DNA from: Paramecium tetraurelia
Taxonomy: Eukaryota
Length of the DNA: 64,000 nt
Direction of reading: 5' to 3'
Assembly (NCBI GenBank): GCA_000165425.1
Contig: CT868207.1
Location: 496,001 to 560,000 of the forward strand
Shown here: positions 12,768 through 25,243 of the stretch, one piece after another
Position numbering within the stretch: the stretch's first letter is position 1
How the letters are laid out: each line of letters starts with the position of its first letter
Notes under the pieces: generated by a model
Database searches by the model: none
The model's input: only the letters and a program-made list of their open reading frames with translations
What the model was told of the DNA's origin: nothing
Translations under genes and position numbers: made by a program

Positions 12768-14110
12768 ATGTTTTCAGATCCTCAGTTCCATCCCTTAAAG
12801 AAATTAGTTTACACTAAATTGAATATTTAAGAAACAGAACGCATTGATATTTCATCGATTTTGTAAATTAATGCAACTATTCAAAAGGGATGCTTATGTT
12901 CACAAATACCATGGCCATTCTCTACTAAGAGATGATGTCTTTTTAATGTTGGCCATTAGTATCATAATAAAAAAAAGAATGAAGAAATTGAAACAATAGA
13001 TTCTAGAGGCCAAGGAATCCATTTTCAATGATAATAACAATAACAACAATAAAAATTAAAATTTGGTTACTCCTATAGCCAAAAAGAGAAAGGTCTAGAA
13101 ATAAAGAAGAGAATAGGTAGTGGTTGACAATTAATTAATCAAGTTGCCTAATTATTTTTCATAAACTTAAAGTAAAATTATAATTTTATAATTTAGATTC
13201 ATAATTAGCTAAGGAAGAATCAATATTATTGCCTGGTAGTTAATAAACCTCCTTCCATTCTTAATAATAGATGATGCAAATAGAAGAGGAAGGAATTGCT
13301 CCTGAATAGATCTTTGTTCCAGATTATAGAGATTTACTTAAAAATTAAGGTCTTATGCAATAATTACATCAACAGGATGACAATATATTTTAAACAGAGG
13401 TAAAATAAGCAAACATAGAAAATGGTGTTGTTTATAATTTGTATCAATAAATGTTAGAATAATTGCACATCAGTATTGATGCTGAAAGTGTGTGTAATGA
13501 AGAATGTGAAACTAAATAGAACACTAGAAAGAAAATTAAAGTTTAAATGGATCAAGGGATCAGAAAATAGAAGATTCAAAATTATAAGAGTCAATTTTAT
13601 GAATTGGAAGATGAAGAATCTCATTTATTGTAAAAACTGGAATCATATCTTATCAATGAATATAAGATTTAACACTAAGATTAACTTGTCAATTAGGATG
13701 AAATGCTTCAATAGATTTTCACATGTCTCAATGATTCCAGTTACTAAAATCAATTATTGTCTATGGTTAGCATTTTGAATCCAGAAGAAATCTACTTAAA
13801 TCAATCATGCGAAAGCAACAATAAGTCAAATGTCTCGGTGAAATCAGTTCTTAGAAGCAGGAATCTAAGTGAGGACTCTATTAAAAGTTTAAAGAGAATT
13901 CACTTTGTTGAAGAATAACATTTAGAGGAGATATAAGAAGAAATGTCCAATCACTACAACACTTCGATGTCACTATTTTAAGAGAAATCTAGTTATGACA
14001 AGGCAGTGTAATTTTATCATATACTTTGTGATGCTCAATCTTTAACTAATGTGAAGATTACTTAGTTAAATGTTGAAAAGTTTGGACCAATAAGTATTTA
14101 ATATAAATGA
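12768..14110 (+). CDS. Putative alpha-kleisin cohesin subunit (Rad21/Rec8-like)
   Basis: After splicing 12863-12887 the N-terminus reads KLNIQETERIDISSILD...LLRDDVFLMLAISIIIKKRMKKLKQQILEAKESI (Rad21_Rec8_N-like). The C-terminus SSYDKAVQFYHILCDAQSLTNVKITQLNVEKFGPISI resembles the kleisin winged helix. The middle is acidic and low-complexity. Confidence 0.62.
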
Positions 14111-14126
14111 TTGTTTTTATTATAAA

Positions 14127-14491
14127 ATGTTGTAATAATAATTTTACTATGACGTGTTTAAGATAGTCCAATCGATGTCTGCCAATTAGATTATCACCAC
14201 AAATGAAAAGGAAATTTTAAAAAGTCATAATTCATCCATCTATATTTAGATATAATAATAAATCATGATTCAAAGCTTGTACAGACTCTCGATACTATTT
14301 ATAAATCACAAGAAAATGACAAGTTTGAGAAAATCGTTGCTGAAATCAAACTATATATCAAATCCATGAGACAAAGAAAACCAAAATATTTCAAAAATAA
14401 ATAAATGCGTGTTATTACTGATGAAACAGACAAAAACATATATGATGATATAATAGCAGAAGTGTCTTCAGATAGTGATTCTATGTCCTGA
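14127..14491 (+). CDS. Small hypothetical protein, 1 intron
   Basis: MLQQQFYYDVFKIVQSMSANQIITTNEKEILK..., one GT-AG intron, ends AEVSSDSDSMS-TGA. Confidence 0.55.
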
Positions 14492-15198
14492 AAACTTTGA
14501 TAATTTTCTTTTACATTACTTAATTATTATAATTTTATAAATTTCTCAACAACCTATTATTTACAAAGCTAAATAATTCAATAAATTAAATAAACACATC
14601 CCTTTCAACATCTTATAAGTTATGTTTATTCTTATAAAATTATAACTTAAAATAACATTTCCATTAATCTCACTAGTGAATAACTCGCAAAAGAGAAGCT
14701 ATTATTAACATCTAATCAGTAGATCTACCCAAATTCAAAAAGAATTCTCAAAGACTGATCCGTAGAATATTTATATTGAGATTAATTACATATAATTCAT
14801 TAATATTTATTTATTTAAATATATGATTAGGATTTATGTTATTTTAATTGAAATCCTAAATAATATTTTTTATAAATTTTTTTATTTCAATTTCTTAAAA
14901 ATAATTAGTATTTATGAACATTATAATTATTATTCAAATAAGGATCATCATTAGGGATTCTAAATGCTTTTATAAATATTTAACTAATTTTTAACTATTA
15001 GATATTTAATGTACTTTGATAATTTTAGGACAATTGTGTTAAGTCTCGAATTAAATGCAAATTATTCTCATAAATTAATATGAAAGTTTGGAATTTTATT
15101 CAGGAAATAACTTCTAAAATTATCAAATAAACCAAGTTCAATTTAAACAAAAATGATCTAACTAGTATAAATTTAACGATTAATTATAATCAATTAGG

Positions 15199-15946
15199 TC
15201 ATTAGAAAGGAGGAGATTGTTGTACAACTTCTCCAGTCTTTGGATCCCACAATTCTCCTGTATCTGGATCTTGGACCAATCCATCATCAACTTCAACTAC
15301 TTTTTTAGGCTTTGGCTTCTTCTTTTTCTTATCAAAAAATAGTCGATCATCTTAATGAATTGGCTTTAGAAGAACAGGCTAACCTTAATCGAGAAAGGGA
15401 CGCATTTAAAAATCATTAAACTCCTTTAGTTTTTAATCTACTGATTGAGAAACGTTGTAAATCAAATAATTCTACCTTCTCCTTTACCAAATTTCTTCAT
15501 TTTCTCTTTCCAGTTCTTTTATTCTCCTTTATATCTTGTTAGTTTATTCTTCTTCTAATCTTTTATACTTCTGTAATAAATTTGTAAGCATTTCAGACTA
15601 TCTCTCAAGAAGTCCCAGCATTTTTTCTTCTCTAATTTTTGCTAATGCATCATCCTCATTAAATTAAACAGCAACTGGCCAAATCATTTATTAAACAGGA
15701 TGAACAATTGGTTAAGGAGGAGGTTGAATAGGCTATACAACAGTTTCCTCAGCCTCTAAATATTAATGTTTGCATAATACCACCATCCATTGGAACTAAT
15801 TTTCTATGTATTCGACGAGTAACAACAGGTTATTAAAAAGAAGGCTATTAAAACTAAGTAGAGGATTTGGATATCAATCTTTTAGTTGACGTATCTATCA
15901 ACCCAGGCTATTAGGATGCAAGTAGAACTTGCTCGCTTTGTTTCAT
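15199..15946 (-). CDS. Hypothetical Pro/Gln-rich coiled-coil protein, 1 intron
   Basis: MKQSEQVLLAS...VQPIQPPPQP...coiled coil...DDGLVQDPDTGELWDPKTGEVV. Open in the ciliate code with one 25-nt intron. Confidence 0.65.
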
Positions 15947-16238
15947 TAATGTATTAAAAATATATATAATTTATAGCAATTTGATAATAATAGTATTATT
16001 TTTTCTAGAAATATATATTATAATTCTTGATATACTGAGTAAAGGATTTATTAAATTAATTGGTTATTGATTTATCAATGCTACAAAATTTAATCAATAA
16101 TTATTGTAACATTTCTATACCTTTATTTAATAATAAAATTTTTATCAATCATATCAATCCAAGTTTTTGAATATTGCATCATAAAGAGATTATTAGAATA
16201 TATCTTAGAATAAACTCTGAAAAATTATAAATATTCAT

Positions 16239-16889
16239 TCATTTTGTAATTGTACATTTTTCTATTAATAATTCTCCATTTATTAATTTGTATTTGTAAA
16301 CCCCCATTTCATCACCTAAGCATTCTAAAATAACAAATTCAGGTTAAATCACTGCATCTCTAATGATAAATAAGAATTTAACTATTTAATTGATCCATAT
16401 GACCCACTCATTGTTCCTGGATTTATAAAATATTTCCTTTCAAATTTGCTTATTAAAGATTAATGAGAGTTTCCAAATACTGCAATATCGCATGAACTTT
16501 CTTTTAGGAATACACTGATTGTTTCTTCATCATTCCAAGGCACAAATTAATGCCCATGAATCAATAAAATTTTCCATATTCCTATTTGAATTACCTTTTG
16601 ATCATTATGGATTTCATTATTTTCCTAATATCAAAAGGGAAGTCTACATCATCATATTAGCCTCGAACACAATGAAAATTAGGTGAAATTTACTTTAACC
16701 AATCAAAAGTCTCTTTATTTCCCACATTTCCTGTGCAAAGTACATGTTATAATTTATTAACTCCTAAAGCACTAACAATTTTTTCATGAATCTTCTCCAT
16801 TCTTGTACCAATGTGCAAATCTCCACATAGAAGTATAATCTAGGATTTTAAATCATATTTACATCACCATAATTAGCTTCTTGTGCCAT
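16239..16889 (-). CDS. VPS29: Retromer subunit VPS29 (metallophosphoesterase fold)
   Basis: LLCGDLHI, KLQHVLCTGNV, HCVRG, LIHGHQFVPWND, FINPGTMSGSY. Confidence 0.92.
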
Positions 16890-17180
16890 CTATTATATTA
16901 TTTATTAATGAAAATAATTTCATAATAAATATATGTAAACAGAGTAATCAATTGATATCTACGAGAGTTATTAAAATTTAATGGCTCCTATGTTCTAAAC
17001 TTCTTCTTAAGAATCTAGTCTTTTTTTATATTAGTTTTTTCCTTTCATTTGATTTTGATTTCAAGAAATAGTTTATTATGAAACTATAATGATGTTAGAA
17101 ACTATATGAGGAATCACAGTAGAATTACAATAGGATTAATTAATATTTTGTAATTTTTATATATATGTATTCAAATTTGT

Positions 17181-19644
17181 TCATCTCTTCATAAATAGCC
17201 CTTAATAGGTTGATACAATGCATTCCACTAATTTATCGGAATAATTTCCATTCAATTTAATTTACATTTGATTGTTTTTAGATGAGATTGAAATCAAAAA
17301 TATAGATTTTTCAATTTAAATTCTTGCAAAAGCTTCAACAAATTACTCATTAATTTAATTAATTTAAAAATCAGGTAACAAATGTCCTATTTAATTTTAA
17401 AAACTGGTTTGAAAGATTTTACTATTATAAAAATATGATTAGGGACATTCTTATGGGACTTCTAAAAAATTGAAAAATTTATTGACTGTGCACGGAAGAC
17501 AAAGTTTTATGCTATGCAACTATGTCTATATCTTATAATTAATTGAAAATTCTAATAACTAATAGGGAAGTTATTCAAATTATATGAATACTTTTTAGGA
17601 TACTTATTCATTTCCTTTTAAAGATTATTAAATATTAGCAGGGTAAGCCTAAAATTATAGATTCTGAGACTTTTAAAACGCAATGCACAAATTTTGTATT
17701 TATTCTTTGGTTCTATTATGTAAAACTACATTAATTAAGAGTTATTAATTTGACTATAAGCTGGTTTGAACTCCAATTTATAGGTTGTCATCAGAATATA
17801 AAATGGATTTTTTAAGCAAACAGGATTACCTAAATTTGACTGTAAAAGCATCAGGAAGTATTGCAAAAATCTTTCCATCATAATCTACAAAGGGGGATGT
17901 TATTTCATTTGATCCTCTTGATTTAGGTTAAGAGAAGGATTTTGGAGAGTACATAGGGACTTTATATAGGGAGATATATAATTACCTTTATATTAAGTGG
18001 ATGCTGTATTATAAGAGAGTACAGAATTGGTATGACCGGAGTGTAATAGAAATTTATCAAACTTAATCAATTGGTTTTATAACGCTTTGATGTACAGTTA
18101 TTATCCAAGGACTTGTTGTCTTAATGATAATAACAAGGAGTTTTAAAATCCAGAATTTTTTTATTTTTTTGAAACCATGGTACCTGTTTAGCTTATGTTA
18201 GTCATAGTATTGGGTCGATATTCACTTAAACATTGTTGTGTTGATATAATAGGTTGTTTAGTATTTTATATAAGTCTCCTCTCCAAAACTAATAGTGTTT
18301 AATTTAAAGTTTTATTTTCTTCCTACAATTAATTTTTTTTTCTGATAGTTTCATCTAGTTTTTCATTTAATTCTTCGATTTTAAAATCAGATTTATATAC
18401 AAGAGACTTCAATTTTTCTATTTCATAACTTTAATCGTAAATTCCAAAATGTAATTTCAATTTTGTAACCTAATTATAAAAATTAATTTTTACATCGGTT
18501 TGAAATAATTGACTATTCGATAAATCATTAGAAGTTAAAAATTAATTAATGTTGAGAGAAAATTGTTTTTATAATTGCTATATTTCATTTTGTAATTCAT
18601 TTATTTTTTATTCTCTGTCTAATAGTTGTTTTTCTAAACTAACAACCTTATTTTGTAATTGAATAACTTAGGTTTGAAGTTCTGGAACCTTTATTGATAA
18701 GGCATTATATAGGTTTTGCAGACAGAGATTTTCAATCTACAATGTATCTGATGATATAGGATTATACTAGGGATCTTTTTTCATATTCTCTAGATTTTCA
18801 AATTCTTTTTCTAATAGAAATGTTGCCTTTCTTAAGACTTTTTTTCTTAAAACAGGATTTTTGTTTTTAATCTAATAAAAAAAATCACTATATGTAGTAT
18901 ATTTATGTTAATAAAACAAATGGGCAGGATTCATGGCCAGATAATTTCTAATTTATTTAGTTGAGAGATTAACTTGATTTTTGAGTAGTTCTCTTAACTG
19001 AATGATCATCGATAAAGGTATTAATTAATGAGGAATATTCTCCTGAATGTTTTCAAAATAAATGATTTTTGGAAATTTAACCCCTAGCTTTACTAGCTTT
19101 TCATAGACGATCTTAAAAGAACTTAAATAGTATGATTGGTAATCTAAAGGAAACCATCTACTCCAAACTCTTATGCATTCTAATACCACTCTAAAAAATT
19201 ATTCTCCAGTAACTTGCAAATCTCTATTATCTAACAATATTTTGAGTAATGAAACCTGAATTCGGACATTCACCATTTAAAAAATAAGTTACTCCTCTAT
19301 CTGGGTCATCTGATGTATATTTGTATTTTGCAATATCTTCAAATAAGGGCAATAACGTTTTTTAGAGTGCATAAATGTAATTGCTATTAAATGTTTCGAC
19401 AAGTTCTTTGTTTAACTAATTTAAGGTTGAAATATACTTTCAAAGCCATGAGTTTTGTATTGGGACTTTCAAATGGATCTTTGATTATTTTCACTATAGA
19501 AGATTGAAGCTATTTAATAAAATATCTATAATTTATAAGTTGAAAATGTCACATATCAGAATATAGGATTTTGAGTTTGAATTCTTCAGTTTTTTAGTAA
19601 GTCTCATTTGAACTTAAATATTATCTCAAAATTTAGGTTTCCAT
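17181..19644 (-). CDS. VHS-domain protein with central coiled coil and C-terminal alpha-adaptin appendage (ear)-like domain
   Basis: VHS-like N-terminus: KLMALK..KELVE...VVLECIRVWSRWFP...FKIVYEKLVKLGVKFP. Ear-like C-terminus: SILYSDDNLQIGVQT...LHNRT...NEQVSQKV...IKLCLPCTVNKFF. Internal exon joins were not all verified. Confidence 0.65.
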
Positions 19645-19679
19645 TTAATTATTAATATTAAAAATAATATCATGCAATA

Positions 19680-20235
19680 TCAAAACTTGAACTTTTTAAA
19701 TGGTTTCATAAAAGGACCATAAGAGAATTTAGGATCAGTTACAGCAGGATAATCTCCTTTTTGTTTTCTAAATATCGTTTAGTTTTCCTTAAATTTATCT
19801 TAATATTCCCTATTGAAATTTGGGTAGCACAGACCACCCAAATCAGCTATTTCACCCATTCCACCCTTGGTTATCAATGCATAATGTTACTTTCTTCTTG
19901 TGCAAGATCTTCAATTCCTACTTTAGATCATGAAAGGGCTATTATTTTCCTTGAGTAAAGGAAATAAAATCGAATTTGACTGATGGTACATTCATCATTG
20001 ACCCTGGCTGTACTTATTTTATATCTTATTGAGAATTGTTGGCTTTTGAGTATGATGTCTGTTGCATTTATGCTTGTTCTTGAGCTGACTCAAACTTGGC
20101 CTTTCTTGGGAAAGGGTGATCTTAAGCCTACCCCAATTTCCTTAATGGAGGTAGGGATTACTGTTGTCTATTAAAATCCACGCAAGTGATGATATTATAG
20201 TCTCTGTTTTCAATTTAGTATTTTGATGCTTTCAT
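19680..20235 (-). CDS. Hypothetical protein, about 176 aa, 1 intron
   Basis: MKASKYQIENRDYNIITC... A 25-nt intron restores a length divisible by 3. Confidence 0.65.
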
Positions 20236-20269
20236 TATATATATATTTAATATTTATTTTATCTTAATA

Positions 20270-23126
20270 ATGGCAGAAGTACCAGATGAAATAAGGGATT
20301 TATAGAGCAATGTCGCCCTCAGTATGCTCACCGATCTTTTTAAGTTTATACCCCATAATATATCATAGACAAGGGAAAATCAATTAAGAGCAGTGCGATT
20401 CATATAAGAAAAAATTTAATAAACTTCATGATACGGTTGTTTAAACCTTTAAGAATCATCACTTTTTATGGGAGAAATCCAAAAAGCTGAAAACACAATT
20501 GGCAACCGAGAAGTAAAATTTCGAAACTGCTATAAATGATCAAGTATTAAGTTTGAAAATACATTTCCTAGGCTAATGCACAGGAGAAGGCATAGAATTT
20601 AAATGCGAGTTTAAAAAAGACAGAGGCAGAATATGAAATGATGGAATAATTGATTGATGCCAAATAATTTTAATGTGAAGAAGTAGAACACGAAAAATCT
20701 ATAATATTAACTAGAATATCTGAATAAGAGAAAATGGCCAAGAGTAAGGCATTACCTGAGATGCTCTAAAAAGATGCTGAAATAGAAAGAGAGAGAGATT
20801 TATTATTAGAATATAAATAAAAGATTGAGAGTGAATAAAAAAGTATTGATGAGAAAACAGAAAAGATTGAACAATTGAAGATTGAGAATGATGAGAAACT
20901 CAACAAAATAAGTAAATTGAATGATGAATATATTAAAATAAAGGACGATCCAAATCGTTTTAGTAAGAATGCAGAAATGTTGAAAAGTGCCAATAAAATT
21001 ATGTTGAAGGATCTATAAGGATATAAGGATGATATAGGTAAAAAAAATAAATAGATTGATGATTTAAATATGGAATTTAAAAAGTTATAAACTAAATTAT
21101 AAGAATATGAAACTTAAATAGAAGAGGAAAAAAAAGCAACAGAAACTAATTAGAGAGATCAAGCCATCTAAAATGATCTTTCGGCAAAACTAAAAGAAGA
21201 AATTAGTGATTTAAGCAGTTAAAAAGTGGCTAATGATATTGAAATTAGAAATTGTTAGTTAGAAATTAGAAGACATAGAGATACAGTCAGTTCTTTAAAA
21301 AAGGCAATCGATCTTGATAAAAAGGAATTAAAGAAATAATAAACCTAAATGCAGTAAATTAATGATACTCTTCATGAATAAAAGATGATTTTAGAAAATA
21401 TAAAAAAAGAGATTGTGAATTTAAAGTATGAAATTGAAAAACAAAATGAAATTGGAGAAAATATTGCTGAAGAATACACAATGTTAGAAGGAAGAGTTAG
21501 AAAAGTAAAGGACAAAGCAGAAGAAAAAATGTAGGAATAAACTAAGGTAGATACTGAAATCAAGAAATTTGAAAAATAAATGATTGAATTACAAAACTTT
21601 GAGGCTGAAGGGTTAAAGAGAGTTAAAGCATTAACAGCAACTAGAGAAAGTATGGCTAGGAAAGCTTCAAGTGCATTGGCTGAAGTAAGAGAAACAAGAG
21701 AAGAACTCAAAATTAAAGAATTATTAATTATGGATCTTTAAAAAAAAGCATAAGAAACAGAAGCAAAAGAACATAATTATAAATCATTATACGAAGAAGT
21801 TAAATAGGCAAGAAATAAATACGTGAATATGATCCAGAATAGTTCTCAAGATTTAGCAGAATTAAAGGAAAGAATTAAGATATTATAAAATGAATTAGAA
21901 ATTTTAAAAAATGAGTCTCAAGAGAAAGAAAGGACTTTATTAGAATATAGACATTGTTTACAGGTTGAAGTACATAAGAAAGATAGAAGTCATGCAAAAT
22001 TAAATAAATTGGAATATTAAAGGAAAGCTAAAAAAGAAATCATTGATTAAAATATTAATGAAATTTAGAAATTAAATATGATCATATCTTCATTAGAAAA
22101 AGATATGTTAAATTTGAGAAAATAATATGAGTAGGTTTGTGAATCAAGAAATCACACAGGCATAGTATTGATTGATAGAAATGATGAATTATGCATTATG
22201 TATGAAAAATGTAACATATAAGATAACATCTTGAAATCTGGAGAACTAGAAATAAAAAGATTGGAGGATGATATAAGAATGATTAAGATTGAAATTTAGG
22301 AATAAAAACGAAAAATTGATGTAGCAAGAAAGGACATTCTATAAATACCTTAGTTATCATCGAAAGTCATTTAACTCAAAGATGAATTAGAATTAGAAAA
22401 AAAGAAAGAGTCTCAACTTTCAGAAGAACTGGAAAATCCAAATAATTAACAGAGATTTAGGGAATTAGGTGGTGAAGATCCAGATTAAGAGGCGTTGGAT
22501 GCAAAAATACATGTATTAGAAGAAAGATTGAATAATAAAAAAGAATAGTTATTAGAGAAGGAATTAATCTTAGATGAAATTACTAATTTATCTGAAAAAC
22601 TAAGAAAATAGGCGTTGGATGGAAGATTGTCAACACTTGAATTGTCTGAGAAGGTCAATGAATTTTAAGCAAAATTAAAGGACTTAACCAGGAAGATGAT
22701 GGCTACTATAGCCGAGTTATCAATGTATTAGGCAACAGCCATAAAATTGCAATAAGAAAAGGATGAGTTAGAAAATGTTGTATAAGATGCAAGGCAAAGA
22801 TTGGAAAAAAGTTTACCTCCTTTGCCAGAACATGAGGATGAATATTTAAGATAATAGAAGGCTTAAATTAGATATTTAGAAGACAGGTTAATTTTATATT
22901 TATTGTTAGACGATAAAGATTAGAAAAGGAATAATAGGAGAAAATGTTTGAACCATTTTCTTGTAAGACTATGGCTAAATAAAGAGTTCAGCAATACATT
23001 CCAGATGACAACATCGGGGCACCATTACCAAAGAATTATGGTAAACAGGCTCCATTTTATCCTCCTGAGTCGAATGCACAATTACGCTTTTACAAGAAGC
23101 CAAAGGTTAAGGAAATAGAAATATGA
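20270..23126 (+). CDS. CCDC146: CCDC146/MBO2-family axonemal coiled-coil protein
   Basis: RNHTGIVLIDRNDELCIMYEK, LENPNNQQRFRELGGEDP, TRKMMATIAELSMYQA and C-terminal YIPDD..LPKNYGKQAPF.P...KKPKVKEIEI. Confidence 0.85.
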
Positions 23127-23142
23127 AAATTATTAAATTTAT

Positions 23143-25111
23143 ATGATTAACTCATAATCATAACCTAATCACTTAAATTAAAGTGCCTTTCCTATAAGCG
23201 AACCAACCTTGGAGCAGATCAATAGAAAGCAATATGGAGACACTCTCAGACAATAGATTGACTAAAAAAAAATGAGATAATAATAGGAAAAGATTTAGGA
23301 AAGACTTTTGGTAATGGATAACAATAATTTTAAAGGAATTGCAGTTGGCTAATGGTCAAACAAATTCTGGAAGAGGAGGTGGAGGAGCACCTTTACGAGA
23401 TCCATATGGAAATATAACTGTAAATAATAATTAATACCATTATCACTAGACGACAAGGAAGAATCCCATGGATCCCAATTTATAGTCAGCCTAATTATTT
23501 GGTCCATCTAATTCTTCATTAACATCAAACCAATTTGATAATATGAGCATAAGTTAATTTCCTTCATAATAATAAAGACTTATTACTTCAAATCAAAGTA
23601 TGTTTAATCTACCAGTTTCTAATAATGTATTAAATTGATTAACTTAGAGTATGAATTAAAGTTAATTGAGTTACATTGGGGAATAGATTGCTTTAAATGA
23701 GAAAAGATAAAAATAATTTATGTTACAAAGAGAATTAGTTTAATAAATGGAAGACGCAGATAGGAAAAAATAAGAAGAAAAATTGAGAATTAAAAGGGAT
23801 AAAGAACTGGATGATTTGAGAGTAATAAGAGAGAGAGAGGAATTGGAAAGAAAAATGAGAGATGAATTTGGAATTGATAAACTAGAAAAAAGAAATTTAT
23901 AAGAAACTAATTTTGATGTTGATGGCTTGAAAGCATTGAAAAGACTAGAAATGTTAAAATATTAAAATGAGTTAATTGAATAATAGAATAGAAAGAATGC
24001 CAAAACAGGGGTGCGTTAAAGAACTCCTGTGTAAGATGCAGAAAGAAACTATAAGGATTAATAAAATGATTTAATGAAATCAAGAATTGAATAAAGGATA
24101 ATAAAAGAATTACCTATTGAAGTTGAAAAAACTGTCAGAGATACTATCAATGCTGAATTGTAAAGATTAAGATAAGAAATGAATCTACAAACTAATTAGG
24201 TTTCTGAATAAGTAGTGCAATTGAAAGGTTAATTACTAAAAGCAAACGAGAATAGACATTATAATGAAGATTAATTAAGAAGATTAAAAGAAGAATTAAG
24301 ATAAACTTAAATTGTAGATGAAATTAGACAAAGAGAGCTTTACCAAGCCTTTTTGAGTTAGGATAAAACTAGATAAATAATTGATACCACATAAAGATTA
24401 ATGACTCCTGAAAGTGTCAAATTTACATTTCCAAAAAGACCAAGACCTTATTACAATTTAGCAGATCCCTACTTAGGCACCAATGATGAGGCAAACAAAG
24501 ATCTTAATTAAATATTTAATGATACTACATAGATGGTACCGGTTTCTTATGATTTTGGAAGCAATAATTATGATAAAGATAGAATAGAGGATAAGTTGCT
24601 TTATTCTAAAGAGGAAATGAAGGAAAATGGGAGACTAGGTGTAGAAATGAATCCAAATGATTTACAAATGCCTGAAGATTATCTCAATAGACAAAAACTC
24701 TATGTAGCTAAAAAGTATGTCGATACTCGTCCAGGGAATAATTATGATTTAGCAAGCTATGATAAAGCATCAATATCTCCATAAACAAATTACGTTTCTC
24801 TGATTAGTAGCACTCACCCTCATTATATAATGGAAGAAGATGAAGTCAAGGATGTAATACACAAATATTCTGGTAATGTATTTATACTATGAATAGATAA
24901 GTTGGATAAATTAGAGGAGATTGATGCTCATCAATAAAGAAAGAATTATAATTAAATGGATTCTGCATTATAAGATCTACTAGAATAACAATAGAATAAA
25001 ATCAATCGAATAGATTAATACAAAGAACATTTTGAATACAATGACTATTATTCTCCTGATTACTAAGGTACTAAATTTTATAACAAAATGGCCAATATTT
25101 TATCAAATTGA
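23143..25111 (+). CDS. CSPP1/CCDC66-like centrosomal/ciliary coiled-coil protein
   Basis: YGDTLRQQIDQKK followed by GRGGGGAPLRDPYGNI, a motif I recognise from CSPP1-family proteins. Long coiled coils follow. Confidence 0.6.
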
Positions 25112-25243
25112 AACGATAATTTATATATATATGAATCTGTAATATAGAAGTAATTTAAAATTAAATTAACATTCCTAAATAATCCAGAAATAATATAAAT
25201 TTCTTTTTAGAGTTTATTATTTTAATATTATTGTAAATTTCTT

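Noticed and set aside
12733..12823. MTKSSVPSFIK start resembling an HSF DNA-binding domain
   Set aside because: The frame hits TGA quickly and there is no SFxRQLN motif. The ATG at 12768 gives a better gene model.
16932..17052. Short + strand ORF (MQTEQSIDIYESY...)
   Set aside because: Only about 39 codons with no motif, so it is unsupported.
20766..21710. Hydrophobic minus-strand ORFs in the supplied track (20766-20993, 21372-21710)
   Set aside because: They are antisense shadows of the K/E-rich coiled coil of CCDC146.
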